Source of the DNA: Squalus acanthias
Taxonomy: Eukaryota
Assembly (NCBI GenBank): GCA_030390025.1
Contig: CM059432.1
Coordinates: forward strand, 5,828,001 to 5,892,000
Reading direction: 5' to 3'
Length of the DNA stretch: 64,000 nucleotides
Part shown: in pieces, positions 48,918 to 59,972 of the stretch
How the letters are laid out: each line of letters begins with the position of its first letter
Numbering within the stretch: the first letter of the stretch is position 1
Program-made: the position numbers and the translations under genes
Notes under the pieces: model-generated
Databases searched by the model: none
Told to the model about the DNA's origin: nothing
The model's input: only the letters and a program-made list of their open reading frames with translations

Positions 48918-50712
48918 ACAAAGGCCTTCGACACCGTCAACCATGAGGGATTATGGCATGTCCTCCTCAAATTCGTCTGCCCCCAAAAGTTTGTCACCAT
49001 CTTCCACCTGCTTGATGACGACATGCAAGCCATGATCCTGACCAACGGATCCACCAGACCCAATTCACGTACAGACCGGAGTCAAGCAAGGCTGTGTCAT
49101 CGCACCAACGTTCTTCTTGATCTTCCTTGCTGTAATGCTCCATCTCACCCTCAGTAAGCTCCCCGCTGGGGTGGAGCTAATCTACAGAACAAACGGGAAA
49201 CTGTTCAACCTCCGTCGCCTCCAGTCCAGATCCAAGGTCGTCCCATCCTCTGTCATCGAATTACAGTATGCAGACGACGCTTGCGTCTGCACACACTCGG
49301 AGGTCGAACTCCAAACCATCGTCAACACCTTCACCGAAGCGTACAAGAGCATGGGCCTTACACTAAACATCCGTAAGACAAAGGTCCTCTACCAACCTGC
49401 CCCCGCCACATATTACTGTCCCCCGATTATCAAAATCCACGACAAGGCATAGTGGTTAGCACTGGTGCCTCACAGCGCCAGGGACCCGGATTCGAATCTG
49501 GCCTCGGGTGACTGTTTGTGTGGAGTTTGCACATTCTCCCCGTGTCTGCGTGGGTTTCCTCCGGGTGCTCCGGTTTCCTCCCACAGTCCAAAAATGTGCG
49601 GGTTAGGTTGATTTGGCTATGATAAATTGACCCTTAGTGTTAGGGGGGGATTAAATATGTGGGGTTACGGGGATAGGATAGGAAGGGATACGTTAGGGGG
49701 AATTAAATACGTGGGGTTACGGGGATAGGGTGGGATATGTGTCGGTGCAGGCTCGATGGGGATTCTGTGTGAGAAAGCAGGGACAGGGTACTGGATTTGG
49801 ATGATCAGCCATGATCGTATTGAATGGTGGAGCAGGCTCGACGGGCCGAATGGCCTACTCCTGCTCCTAGTTTCTATGTTTCTAAGGCCTTGGACAACGT
49901 GGACCACTTTCCATACCTTGGGAGCCTACTGTCAACAAGGGCAGACGTCGATGATGAAGTCCAACACCGCCTTCAGTGTGCCAGTACAGCCTTCGGTCAC
50001 CTGAGGAAGAGAGTATTTGAAGACCAGGACCTCAAACCCGGCACCAAGCTCATGGTCTACAGAGCAGTAGTGATTCCCGCCCTTCTGTATGCTTCAGAGA
50101 CATGGACCATGTACAGCAGGCATCTCAAAGCACTGGAGAGGTACCACCAACGCTGCCTCCGCAAGATCCTGCAAATCCATTGTCAGGATAGGTGCACCAA
50201 CGTCAGTGTTCTCGCTCAGGCCAACATCCCCAGCATCGAAGCTTTGACCACGCTTGATCAGCTCCAATGGACGGGCCACATCGTCCGCATGCCCGATACG
50301 AGACTCCAAAACAAGCGCTCTACTCGGAGCTCCGACACGGCAGGAGAGCCCCAGGTGGGCAGAGGAAACGCTTCAAGGACACCCTCAAAGCCTCCTTGAA
50401 AAAGTGCAACATCTCCACTGACACCTGGGAATCCCTGGCCCAAGACCGCACAAAGTGGAGGAGAAGCATCCAGGAAGGCGTCGAACACCTCGAGTCTCTT
50501 CGCTGGGAGCAAGCGGAAGCCAAGCACAAACAGCGGAAGGAGCGCACGTCAACCCAAGCACCCCACCCACCTGCCCCTTCAACCACCGTCTGCCCCACCT
50601 GTGACAGAGACTGTAGGTCCCGCATTGGACTCATCAATCACCTGAGAACTCATTTTTAGCGTGGAAGCAAGTCATCCTCGGTTCCGAGGGACTGCCTAAG
50701 AAGAAGAAGAAG
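48918..50712 (+). mobile_element. 5'-truncated RTE LINE interrupted by a V-SINE
   Basis: KAFDTV, GVKQGCVIAP, LQYADD, LLYASETWT, C-terminal zinc finger, (AAG)n tail. Confidence 0.92.
49449..49883 (+). mobile_element. HE1-like V-SINE
   Basis: tRNA head AGTGGTTAGCACT..GGATTCGAATC, V-domain GTGTGGAGTTTGCACATTCTCCCCGTGTCTGCGTGGGTTTCCTCCGGGTGCTCCGG, CR1-type tail, TSD AAGGC (49444-49448, 49884-49888). Confidence 0.9.
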
Positions 50713-50934
50713 GACATCATTTATGGTCCTCACAGTCCACACAATGGCGGAGCAGGCTCAAAGGGCCGTATGACCTACTCCTGCTCCTAATTCTCATGTT
50801 CAACTTTGGAGACCCATGAAGGGACCAATAAAGCTGTGGAGTCTCACTCCAGCAGGTAGTGAATTATTCCGAGGGGATTGATTTTTTTAAATCTGTCTTG
50901 GTAGTTTTCTTTATGCCAGTCTTGCCATCCACAC

Positions 50935-51275
50935 TCCTGTTAGTGTTGGAAGGCAATATTTTTCAGGATGTAAAGCTGTTTCAATACTCAGAAGAGGGTC
51001 ACGCATTCAAATAACATTTTGGGATACAGTATACGAGCAATTTGAGACATGACATGTGGTATGTGTAGCATGTTTGGGAGGAAAAAGGTAACTTTGTACG
51101 TATGGTTCGCAAAGCTCTCCACCACTGGAGTTTTTCTTGTGTCATTCCTGGATCTGTTGTAGACTAACTGATAGAGATCGATTGCTATGATTAGTCAACA
51201 ACTCCATTATCGTTGTATCATGGGATTACCAGGATGGACCTTGGTCTTTTCTCATCTAGCAATTCCTATGTTCTT
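50935..51275 (+). mobile_element. Possible old SINE/LINE remnant
   Basis: Ends in GATGGACCTTGGTCTTTTCTCATCTAGCAATTCCTATGTTC, a CR1-like tail; a similar tail lies on the minus strand at ~13400-13460. Confidence 0.4.
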
Positions 51276-51429
51276 CTCTCCCTCGACCTAGTTTGCTGGT
51301 ACCCTACTTCCATTCCAGCATATTGCCATGCATTCTCCCCCTCCCCCCCACAACATCTCTATTCATACTCACATTCTGCCTCCCCACTCTCATAGAAAAT
51401 CCTATGCTCCTATGAAAGCAATGCAATAA

Positions 51430-51757
51430 AAAGAAAGACTTGCATTTCTATATCGCCTTTCACGACCACCGGATGTCCCAAAGCGCTTTACAGCCAATGA
51501 AGTACCTTTTTTTGGTCACTGTTGCAATGTAGGAAACGCGGCAGCAAATTTGTTCACAGCAAGCTCCCACAAACAGCAATGTGATAATGACCAGATAATC
51601 TGGTACAGTGATGTTGATTGAGATGACAGATCGGGTCTCGGTTTAACGTCTCATCCGAAAGACAGCACCTCTGACAGTGCAGCCTTCCCTCAGTACTGCA
51701 CTGGAGTGTCAGCCTAGGTTTTTGTGCTCAAGTCTCTGGAGTGGGACTTGAACCCAC

Positions 51758-51799
<42 letters not shown>

Positions 51800-51808
51800 G
51801 GCTGACAC
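51430..51808 (-). mobile_element. DeuSINE with internal deletion
   Basis: Reverse complement of head and tail. Confidence 0.87.
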
Positions 51809-54582
51809 TGGGTGTTCCACCATTTCTGATCATGATGGACGGGGCTGCTGGTTCTATACTTCATGGGTCAAAAATATTTGTAAATTTTGCACGCCTACCC
51901 CGCCATTCATTCACTCATTAACTTCTTAAGGACTAATACAGCAATTCCCAAACACAACTGGGTTACAATGTCTTCTTCGTCTGCTTGTTCTTTTTAATTT
52001 TTTTTCTTACTTTTCCTTTCCGGCTCTCTATTCGCTCTCTCTCTTAATCCACTCTCTTTCTTTCCCTCTCTTTACTCCTCTTCCTGTGTATATTCATCCT
52101 ATTTCCTTCTCCGTCTTTCGCTCTGTTTCTTTCTCAATCTTTTGTTATTGGTTAAGGAGCCAAGCCATCGGGCACGACACCCATGACATCCCAGATGCGA
52201 CATTGACATCGCTGCGCTGTTATCGTGTCGACATTCCAGCAATTTGTGGTGCAAATATAGCGCAACATCAATGGTGAGCAAAAAAGGTCCAATTATGTCA
52301 GTCGCTACCAATCCCATCATTGCAGCAATTTCTGGCCTACTATGTTTTATTCAACAGCCCAACAAGTAAAACTGATATCTAGCCAATAGTCAACAAACTG
52401 AATTTATTAATTGGCACTTTTATATTTTTACATATTGCTGTATAAATATGACAACTTGCAGCTTTAAATGAAGATGGAATGGAACAAGATCATGAGCAGC
52501 CTGTAGCAATCTTTTGCTTTATATCCACCTAGTGGCAGTTTAGTTCGATCGCAGCAGTCATGTATTTCAAATGCTGGACAGAAGACAAATGAACTAAAAC
52601 TGTCCACAATTTCCACAAGAGTCACTGCTTTCAGCAAGAACTGTCTACAGAACTGACCTTCTACCTTAATCATAATCATGAAGGGGGAGGGTGAACAGTC
52701 AGAGGTCGTGGTTCACATTGGTACCAACAACATGGGTAGAAAGAGGGATGAGGTCCTGCAACAAGAATTTAGGGAGCTAGGTAGCAGATTAAAAAGCAGG
52801 ACCTCAAAGGTTGTAATCTCTGGTTTACTCCCGGTGCCACGTGCTAGTGAGTATAGGAATAGGAGGATAGAGCAGATGAATGCGTGGCTAAAGAGTTGGT
52901 GCAGGAGGGAGGGTTTTAGATTCCTGGATCACTGGGTCTGCTTCTGGGGAAGGTGGGACCTGTACAAGTCGGACGGGTTGCACCTGAACCGGAACGGGAC
53001 CAACATCCTTGCGGGGAGGTTTGCTAGTACTGTTGTGGGGGGTTTAAACTAACGTGGCAGAGGGATGGGATACAGAGTGGAGCTATAGTAGGGGGTGATG
53101 CACAGCCAAATATAGAGGAAAAAACAAGTCAGCCTGGAAGGCAGAGCAAATATGTAGCGGCACAAGGGAGTATGGCAAGGCTGGATGGCATTTATTTTAA
53201 TGCAAGGAGTCTTGCGAGTAAGGTAGAGGAATTGAAGGTGTTGATGAACGATATTGTTGCTATCACAGAGACATGGTTGAGGGAGGGGCAGGACTGGCAG
53301 CTCAATATTCCGGGGTATAGAATCTTCAGGCGAGACAGAGGGGGGTGTAAAAGAGGAGGGGGTGTCGCAATATTAATCAAGGAGTCAATTACTGCTGTAA
53401 GGAGGGATGATATCTTAGCAGGTTCCTCTAATGAGGCCATATGGGTAGAACTTAAAAACAAAAAGGGGGCAAGCACTTTGCTGGGAGTGTACTATAGGCC
53501 CCAAACAGTCAGGGGGAGATAGAGGAATAGATATGTAGGCAAATCTCAGAGAAGTGTAGAAATAATAGGGTAATAATAGTAGGGGATTTCAACTTCCCCA
53601 ATAGTAACTGGGATAGTCAGAGTGTGAAAGGCTTAGAGGGTGCGGAATTCTTAAAGTGCATCCAGGAGAGCTTTTTGAGCCAGCATGTAAAAAGTCCTAC
53701 AAGAGAGGGGGCGGTACTGGACCTAATTCTAAGGAATGTAGCCGGGCAAGTGGTAGAGTGTCAGTAGGAGAGCATTTTGGTGACAGTGACCATAATTCGG
53801 TGAAATTTAAGGTAGTCATGGAAAAGGACAAAGATGGACCGGAAATAAAGGTTCTAAATTGGGGGAAGGCCGATTTTAATATGATACGGCAGGATCTGGC
53901 CAAAGTGGACTGGGATCAGCTACTTGTAGGAAAATCCACATCAGAGCAGTGGGAGTCTTTCAGAAAGGAAATAGAGAGAGTACAACACCAACATGTTCCC
54001 GTAAAGGTCAAGGGTGGGACCAACAAGCCCAGGGAACCCTGGATGTCAAGGGATATACAAGAATGGAGTCGGAAAAAAAGGGAGGCTTTTGGCAGATACA
54101 AAGGACTAAAAACAGTGGAAGCCCTAGAGGAGTATAGAAAGTGCAGGGGGGTACTTAAAAAAGAAATTAGGAGAGCGAAGAGGGGGCATGAAAAAACACT
54201 GGCGCGCAAAATAAAGGAAAATCCCAAGGTGTTCTTTAAGGGCAAGAGGATAACCAGGGAAAAAGTAGGGCCCATTAGGGACCAAAGTGGCAATCTGTGT
54301 GTAGAGCCAGAAGATGTAGGTGAGGTCTTAAATGAATATTTTGCATCTGTGTTCACTATGGAGAAGGACGACATAGGCATAGAAATCAGGCAGGGGGATT
54401 GTGATATACTTGAACAAATTAGTATTGAGAGGGAGGAGGTACTAGCGGTTTTAGCGGGCTTAAAAGTGGATATATCCCCAGGCTCAGACGAGATGTATCC
54501 CAGGCTGCTGAGTGAGGCAAGGGAGGAGATTGCAGGGGCTCTGACACAAATTTTCAGAACCTCTCTGGCCACAGGGGAAGTG

Positions 54583-54797
54583 ATGCGGAGATGCCGGTGT
54601 TGGACTGGGGTGGACAAAATTGAGAGGTCGCACAACACCAGGTTATAGTCCAACAGTTTTATTTGAAATCACAAGCTTTCGGAGCTATCGATTTGCTCCT
54701 TCCTCAGGTGAAGTAAATTAGATACAGAATCTCCAAAGTATATATAGATGGAAAACAAAGCATGTGTACTTTACAATTGCAGACCAATAAATTAAAT
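54583..54797 (-). mobile_element. Penelope-like terminal fragment inserted in CR1 ORF2
   Basis: 13-bp TSD CACAGGGGAAGTG (54570-54582, 54798-54810); same end sequence as 14514. Confidence 0.8.
54669..54711 (-). ncRNA. Minimal type I hammerhead ribozyme motif
   Basis: Minus strand TCAC-CTGAGGA-a-GGAGC-aaatcgata-GCTCC-GAAA-GCTT-GTGA. Confidence 0.7.
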
Positions 54798-56260
54798 CAC
54801 AGGGGAAGTGCCAGAGGACTGGAGAACAGCTAACATAGTACCATTATTCAAGAAGGGTAGGAGGGATAAACCAGGGAATTACAGGCCAGTGAGCCTAACA
54901 TCAGTGGTAGGGAAATTATTGGAAAAAATTCTGAGGGACAGAATTAGTCTCCACTTGGAGAGGCAAGGATTAATCAAGGATAGTCAGCATGGCTTTGTCA
55001 GGGGGAGATCATGTCCAACCAATTTGATTGAATTTTTCAAGGGGGTGACTAGGTGTGTGGATGAGGGTAGTGCAGTTGATGTAGTCTACATGGACTTCAG
55101 TAAGGCTTTTGACAAAGTCCCACACAGGAGACTGGTCAAGAAGGTAAGAGCCCATGGGATCCAGGGCAACTTGGCACATTGGATCCAAAATTGGCTTAGT
55201 GGCAGGAGGCAGAGGGTGATGGTCGAAGGTTGTTTTTGTGACTGGAAGCCTGTGTCCAGTGGTGTACCGCAGGGATCGGTGCTGGGTCCTTTGCTGTTTG
55301 TAGTGTACATTAACGATTTAGATATGAATGTAGGAGGTATGATCAGTAAGTTCGCAGATGACACGAAAATTGGTGGAGTGGTAAACAGCGAGGAGGGAAG
55401 CCTCAGGCGACAGGACGATATAGACGGGTTGGTTAGATGGGCAGAACAGTGGCAAATGGAATTTAACCCTGAAAAGTGTGAGGTGATGCATTTTGGGAGG
55501 ACTAAGAAGACAAGGCAATACACAATGAATGGTAGGACCCTAGGAAGGACAGAGGATCAGAGGGACCTTGGTGTACATGTACATAGATCCCTGAAGGCAG
55601 CAGGACAGGTAGATAAGGTGGTTAAAAAGGCATATGGGATACTTGCCTTCATTAGCCGAGGCATAGAATATAAGAGCAGGGGGGTTATGATGGAGCTGTA
55701 CAAAATGCTAGTTAGGCCACAGCTGGAATACTGTGTGCAGTTCTGGTCGCCACACTATAGGAAGGATGTGATTGCATTGGAGAAGGTGCAGAGGAGATTC
55801 ACCAGGATGTTACCTGGGCTGGAGCAGTTCAGCTATGAAGAGAGACTGGACAGGCTGGGGTTGTTTTCCTTAGAGCAGAGAAGGCTGAGGGGGGACCTGA
55901 TTGAGGTGTACAGAATTATGAGGGGCATAGATAGGGTAAATAGAGGGGAATTTTTCCCCTTGGTGGAGGGGTCAATAACCAGGGGGCATAGTTTCAAGGT
56001 AAGGGGCAGGAGGTTTAGAGGGGATTTGAGGAAAAACTTTTTCACCCAGAGGGTGGTTGGAATCTGGAACTCACTGCCTGAAAGGGTGGTAGAGGCAGGA
56101 ACCCTCAACATTCAAGAAGCATTTAGATGAGCACTTGAAACGCCAAAGCATACAAGGCTACGGACCAAGTGCTGGAAAATGGGATTAGAATAGACAGGGC
56201 TTGATGGCCGGCGCGGACACGATGGGCCGAAGGGCCTCTTTCTGTGCTGTATAACTCTAT

Positions 56261-57003
56261 GGGGTAAAAATTCAGTCGCGCCCCATTTGGGGCGCTAACC
56301 TCGTCGGGGCGCGACTTTTAGCGCCCCGAAAAAATTACCGGCCCCGCGCCGGAACTTCAGTGGTTGCGCCCCAAGAGGGAAGCGGAGCGCCACTGGAAGC
56401 ACCCCGCATCCCTCTTGGGGCGCTGCGAGGGAATATCCTGGCGCTACGTGCCGCGGTATTGCAGGCCTTCCTCCCCTTCTTAAAGGGGAGGGACCCTGCG
56501 CAGCGCGAACCGGGGCCCAGCTGGGCCCCCAGGGATCGGGAGTGCCGGCAAAAGAGCCCGGCACTCAAGAGAAGTGCCGGGCTCTTGGAGCGCAGCCGGC
56601 ACTTCACGGTGGGGGGGCTTCACGGGGGCCGGGGACAGCAGCGGGGGCAGGTGCTGGCAGGCGGCCAGCAACAAAAATGGCTGCCTGCCACCTCCCCTTT
56701 AAATATCGCCGCCCCGGCCGCACGTACGCCTCCCTGAACCCGTCGGACATAGCGTCTGGCGGTAAATCAGGGGGCGCGACTGAAGATCGCGGCTGGAGCG
56801 CGAGCGGGGTGCTGCGCACGGCGATGACGTCATCGCCGGCGGCGCAGCGCCACAGGGCGCTACCGGCTGGCGCCGCCGCTAACCTCCCGCTGAATTTTTC
56901 GGGAGGCGTGGGCGGCGCTGCGCCCGGGCGTTAGCTGCTTTACGCCCCATTAGCGCCCTCTTAAGGCGCTAACGGGAGGCGCAAGCAGCTGAATTTTTCC
57001 CCC
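56261..57003. mobile_element. 743-bp GC/CpG-rich Harbinger-type MITE
   Basis: TIR GGGG(T/G)AAAAATTCAG; 3-bp TSD TAT (56258-56260, 57004-57006); inserted in a CR1 tail. Confidence 0.87.
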
Positions 57004-57019
57004 TATGACTCTGAATAGG

Positions 57020-57480
57020 ACTACAGGAAAGATGTGATTGCAGGGGCTACAGAGGAGATTTACGAGGATGTTGCCAGGACTGGAGAATTTGAGCTTTGAG
57101 GAAAGATTGGATAGGCTGGGTTGTTTTCTTTGGAATAGAGGAGGCGGAGGGGAGATTTAATTGAGGTGTATAAAATTCTGAGGAGCCTATATAGAGTGGA
57201 TAGGAAGGACTTATTTCCCTTCGCAGAGAGGTCAATAACCAGGGGGCAGAGATTTAAAGTAATTAGTAGAAGGATTAGAGGGGAGTCGAGAAGAACTTTT
57301 TTCACCCAGAGGGTGGTGGGGGTCTGAAACTCACTGTCTGAAAGGGTGGTAGAGGCAGAAACCCTCATTGCATTTAAAAAGTACTTGGATATGCACTTGA
57401 AGTGCCGTAACCTACAGGGCTACGGACCAAGAGTTGGAAAGTGGGAGCAGGCTGGATAGCTCTTTGTTGCCTGGCACAGA
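57020..57480 (+). mobile_element. CR1 3' fragment
   Basis: TTTTTCACCCAGAGGGTGGTGGGGGTCTG; resembles 36112-36612. Confidence 0.87.
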
Positions 57481-57770
57481 CAGGACAACGTGGACCTGGA
57501 AGGAGTCGGCATCAGACACCGCAGTACTTAAACAGAGCGGGACCCGGAAGTACAAATTCGGCGAATTCCAAAAGAACAGCAAAATCAAGGAGTAACGTCA
57601 CAGGACTGCAGGTAGCTGATTGGTGAGTGAGTATTAGCGTTCTATTCTCTCCAACTTAACTAAATAAACTAATTAACATAACTATAAATAGTCGTGTGAA
57701 TAAAGACTTTAACTAAGAGAGCAAGAGAAGCGGCCGGGGATAAAGGTAGGCCGGACTTTTAAGACTCTTA

Positions 57771-58179
57771 GGGGGCGAAATTCCTCTTGTTTGCGCCTCC
57801 AAAGAAGGTGCTAACGGGGCGCAAATGGCTCCCCCACGCCCGCTGCAGGGGTCGTGAACAGTGAGGCCTGGCCGCTCGCGGGGCGCCATTTAAAGTTGCG
57901 GTGGCCGGCCGGCATGAAAAAAAATCGGTGATTTAAAAAAAAAAAAAAAAATTTTTTAGGAGCACCGGATGCAGACTAAGCACATCACCCCAGATCGGGA
58001 CATTCCCCGCCTGTTGCGCTCCAAGAGGCAAGTGCAGCACTTGATTTAGCGCTTCATTTCCCTCTTGGAGCAAAAAATGGGAATTTGTCAAATGTTTGAA
58101 AAGGTTAGCGCCTGGCGCTAACTTTTCAAACATTTTTGACTTAGCTCCCCAGATGGCCCTCGAGGGGAATTTCTCCCCC
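57771..58179. mobile_element. 409-bp Harbinger-type MITE in a CR1 5' UTR
   Basis: TIR GGGGG(C/A)GAAATTCC; TSD TTA/TCA; interior resembles 56261-57003. Confidence 0.75.
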
Positions 58180-58923
58180 TCAATCTGAAGTTTATTTCTG
58201 TAAGTTAGTTAATAGTCGAATAAATGGAGGCATGGCAGGGCAACTCAGTCCCGCGGACTGCACGTCCTGTGCCATGTGGGAAATCCAGGACACTTCCCCT
58301 GTCCTGGACAATCACATGTGCAGGAAGTGTCGTCAGCTGGAGGAGCTCGAGCTCTGGGTTTCGAAGCTTGAGCAGCAGCTGGCGGCACTGCGGTGCATCC
58401 GTGAGGCCGAGAGCTACGTGGATAGCACGTTTCAGGAGGTGGTCATCCCGCAGCGTAAGAGTGTGCAGGCAGAAAGGGAATGGGTGACTGTCAGACAGAC
58501 AAAGAGGACCAGGCAGGTAGTACAGGAGTCCCCTGAGTGCATCTCACTCTCCAACCAGTATTGAATACTGGTGAGGGCGTTGGTTCCTCTGGTGAGTACA
58601 GCCAGAGCCAAGTCCACGGCACCACGGGTAGGGTGGTGGCGGGGGGGGGGGGGGAGAGGAAGATCGGGAAGGCAATAGCGGTAAGGGATTCAATAGTTAG
58701 GGGAACAGACAGGCGTTTCTGCGGCTGCAGACGTGACTCCAGGATGGTATGTTGCCTCCCTGGTGCCAGGGTCAAAGATGTCACTGAGTGGCTGCAGAAT
58801 ATTCTGAGGGGGAGGGTGAACAGCCAGAGGTCGTGGTCCATATCAGTACCAATGGCATAGGTAGAAAAAGGGATGAGGTCCTGCAGGCAGATTTTAGGGA
58901 ACCATCGCCCTCACCAGTATTCA

Positions 58924-59023
58924 GTTCTGACGAAGGGTCAGTGACGTGAAATGTTAACTCTGTTTCTCTCTCCACAGATGCTGCCTGAGCTGCTGAGTAT
59001 TTCCAGCATTTTCTGTTTTTATT
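58924..59023 (+). mobile_element. Penelope-like terminal fragment (second family) with hammerhead-like core
   Basis: GTT-CTGACGA-agggtcagtgacgt-GAAA-TGTT-AAC, followed by TCTGTTTCTCTCTCCACAGATGCTGCC. Confidence 0.65.
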
Positions 59024-59972
59024 ACAGGTTTACAGTGCATGTGTGTAAATGCACAAAGCGTGGTAAATAAGGTTGGTGAGCTGCAGGCGCAATTAGCCAC
59101 ATGGGAATATGATGTTGTGGCGATAACGGAGACCTGACCCAAAAAAGGGCAGGATTAGGTTTTAAATATTCCTGGATATAAGGTGTTCAGGAAAGATAGG
59201 GAAGGATAGAAAGGAGGTGGGGTGGCAGTATTGGTTAAGGAGAATGTTACAGAGATGGAAAGAGAGGATTTCCTGGAGGGGTCAAGGACAGAATCTATTT
59301 GTTAAGAAGTTAAGAAATAATAGAGGTGCCATTATACAACGAGGTGTATTCCATAGGCCACCAACTAGTGCGAAAGATATAGAGAAGCAAATTTGCAGGG
59401 AACTTAGAGAGAGGTGCAAGAACTATAGAGTAGTAATAATGGGGGACTCCAATTATCCTAATATAGGCTGGGATAATAATAGTGTAAAGGGTAGAGACAG
59501 GGAAGAATTTGTGTTCAAGAAAACTTTTTTGATCAGTACGTTTCTGGCCCAATGAGGAAGGAGGCATTGCTGGATCTGGTTCTATGGAATGAGGTTGGTC
59601 AAGTGGAGCAAGTGTCAGTAGGGGAACATTTAGGGAACACTGATCATAGTATGATAAGGTTTAGATTAGCTATGGAAAAGAACAGGGAGCAATCTAGAGT
59701 AAAAATACTTAATTGGAGGAAGGCAAATTTCAGTGGGTTGAGAACGGATCTGGCCTGGGTAAATTGGAATCAAAGGTTGGCAGGTAAAACTGTAATCGAA
59801 CAATGGGCTGCCTTAAAAGAGGAGATGGTTCGGGTACAGTCGAGGTACATTCCCACGAGGGGGAAAGGTAGGGCAACTAAAACCAGAGCTCCCTGGATGA
59901 CGAAGAGATACAGAGTAAGATGAACCAGAAAAAGGGTGCATATGATAGATGTCAGGTTGAGAATACAAGTGT

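Larger units (their letters stand above)
52680..56260 (+). mobile_element. CR1 LINE 5'-truncated within ORF1; same subfamily as 25549-29590
   Basis: ORF1 C-terminus nearly identical to 28519-29469; ORF2 pieces include a 440-aa open RT segment at 54808-56130. Confidence 0.95.
57490..59972 (+). mobile_element. CR1 5' UTR, decayed ORF1 and endonuclease region; continues at 61323
   Basis: MAGQLSPADCTSC..CRKC ORF1 start at 58232, RDSIVRG, IMGDSNYP, GNTDHS. Confidence 0.85.

Noticed and set aside
6095..51808. tRNA genes at GGTTCAAGTCCC B-box sites
   Set aside because: These are tRNA-derived SINE heads continuing into SINE bodies, not cloverleaf tRNA genes.
48744..52338. GGGCCAGGAATTGCTG / CAGCAATTTCTGGCCT as two ends of one invaded MITE
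   Set aside because: The flanking triplets do not match as a TSD and the interior includes unrelated sequence; they may be separate fragments.
56295..56934. Overlapping GC-rich ORFs suggesting a gene start
   Set aside because: All lie inside a TIR/TSD-bounded MITE; open frames are expected at this GC content.
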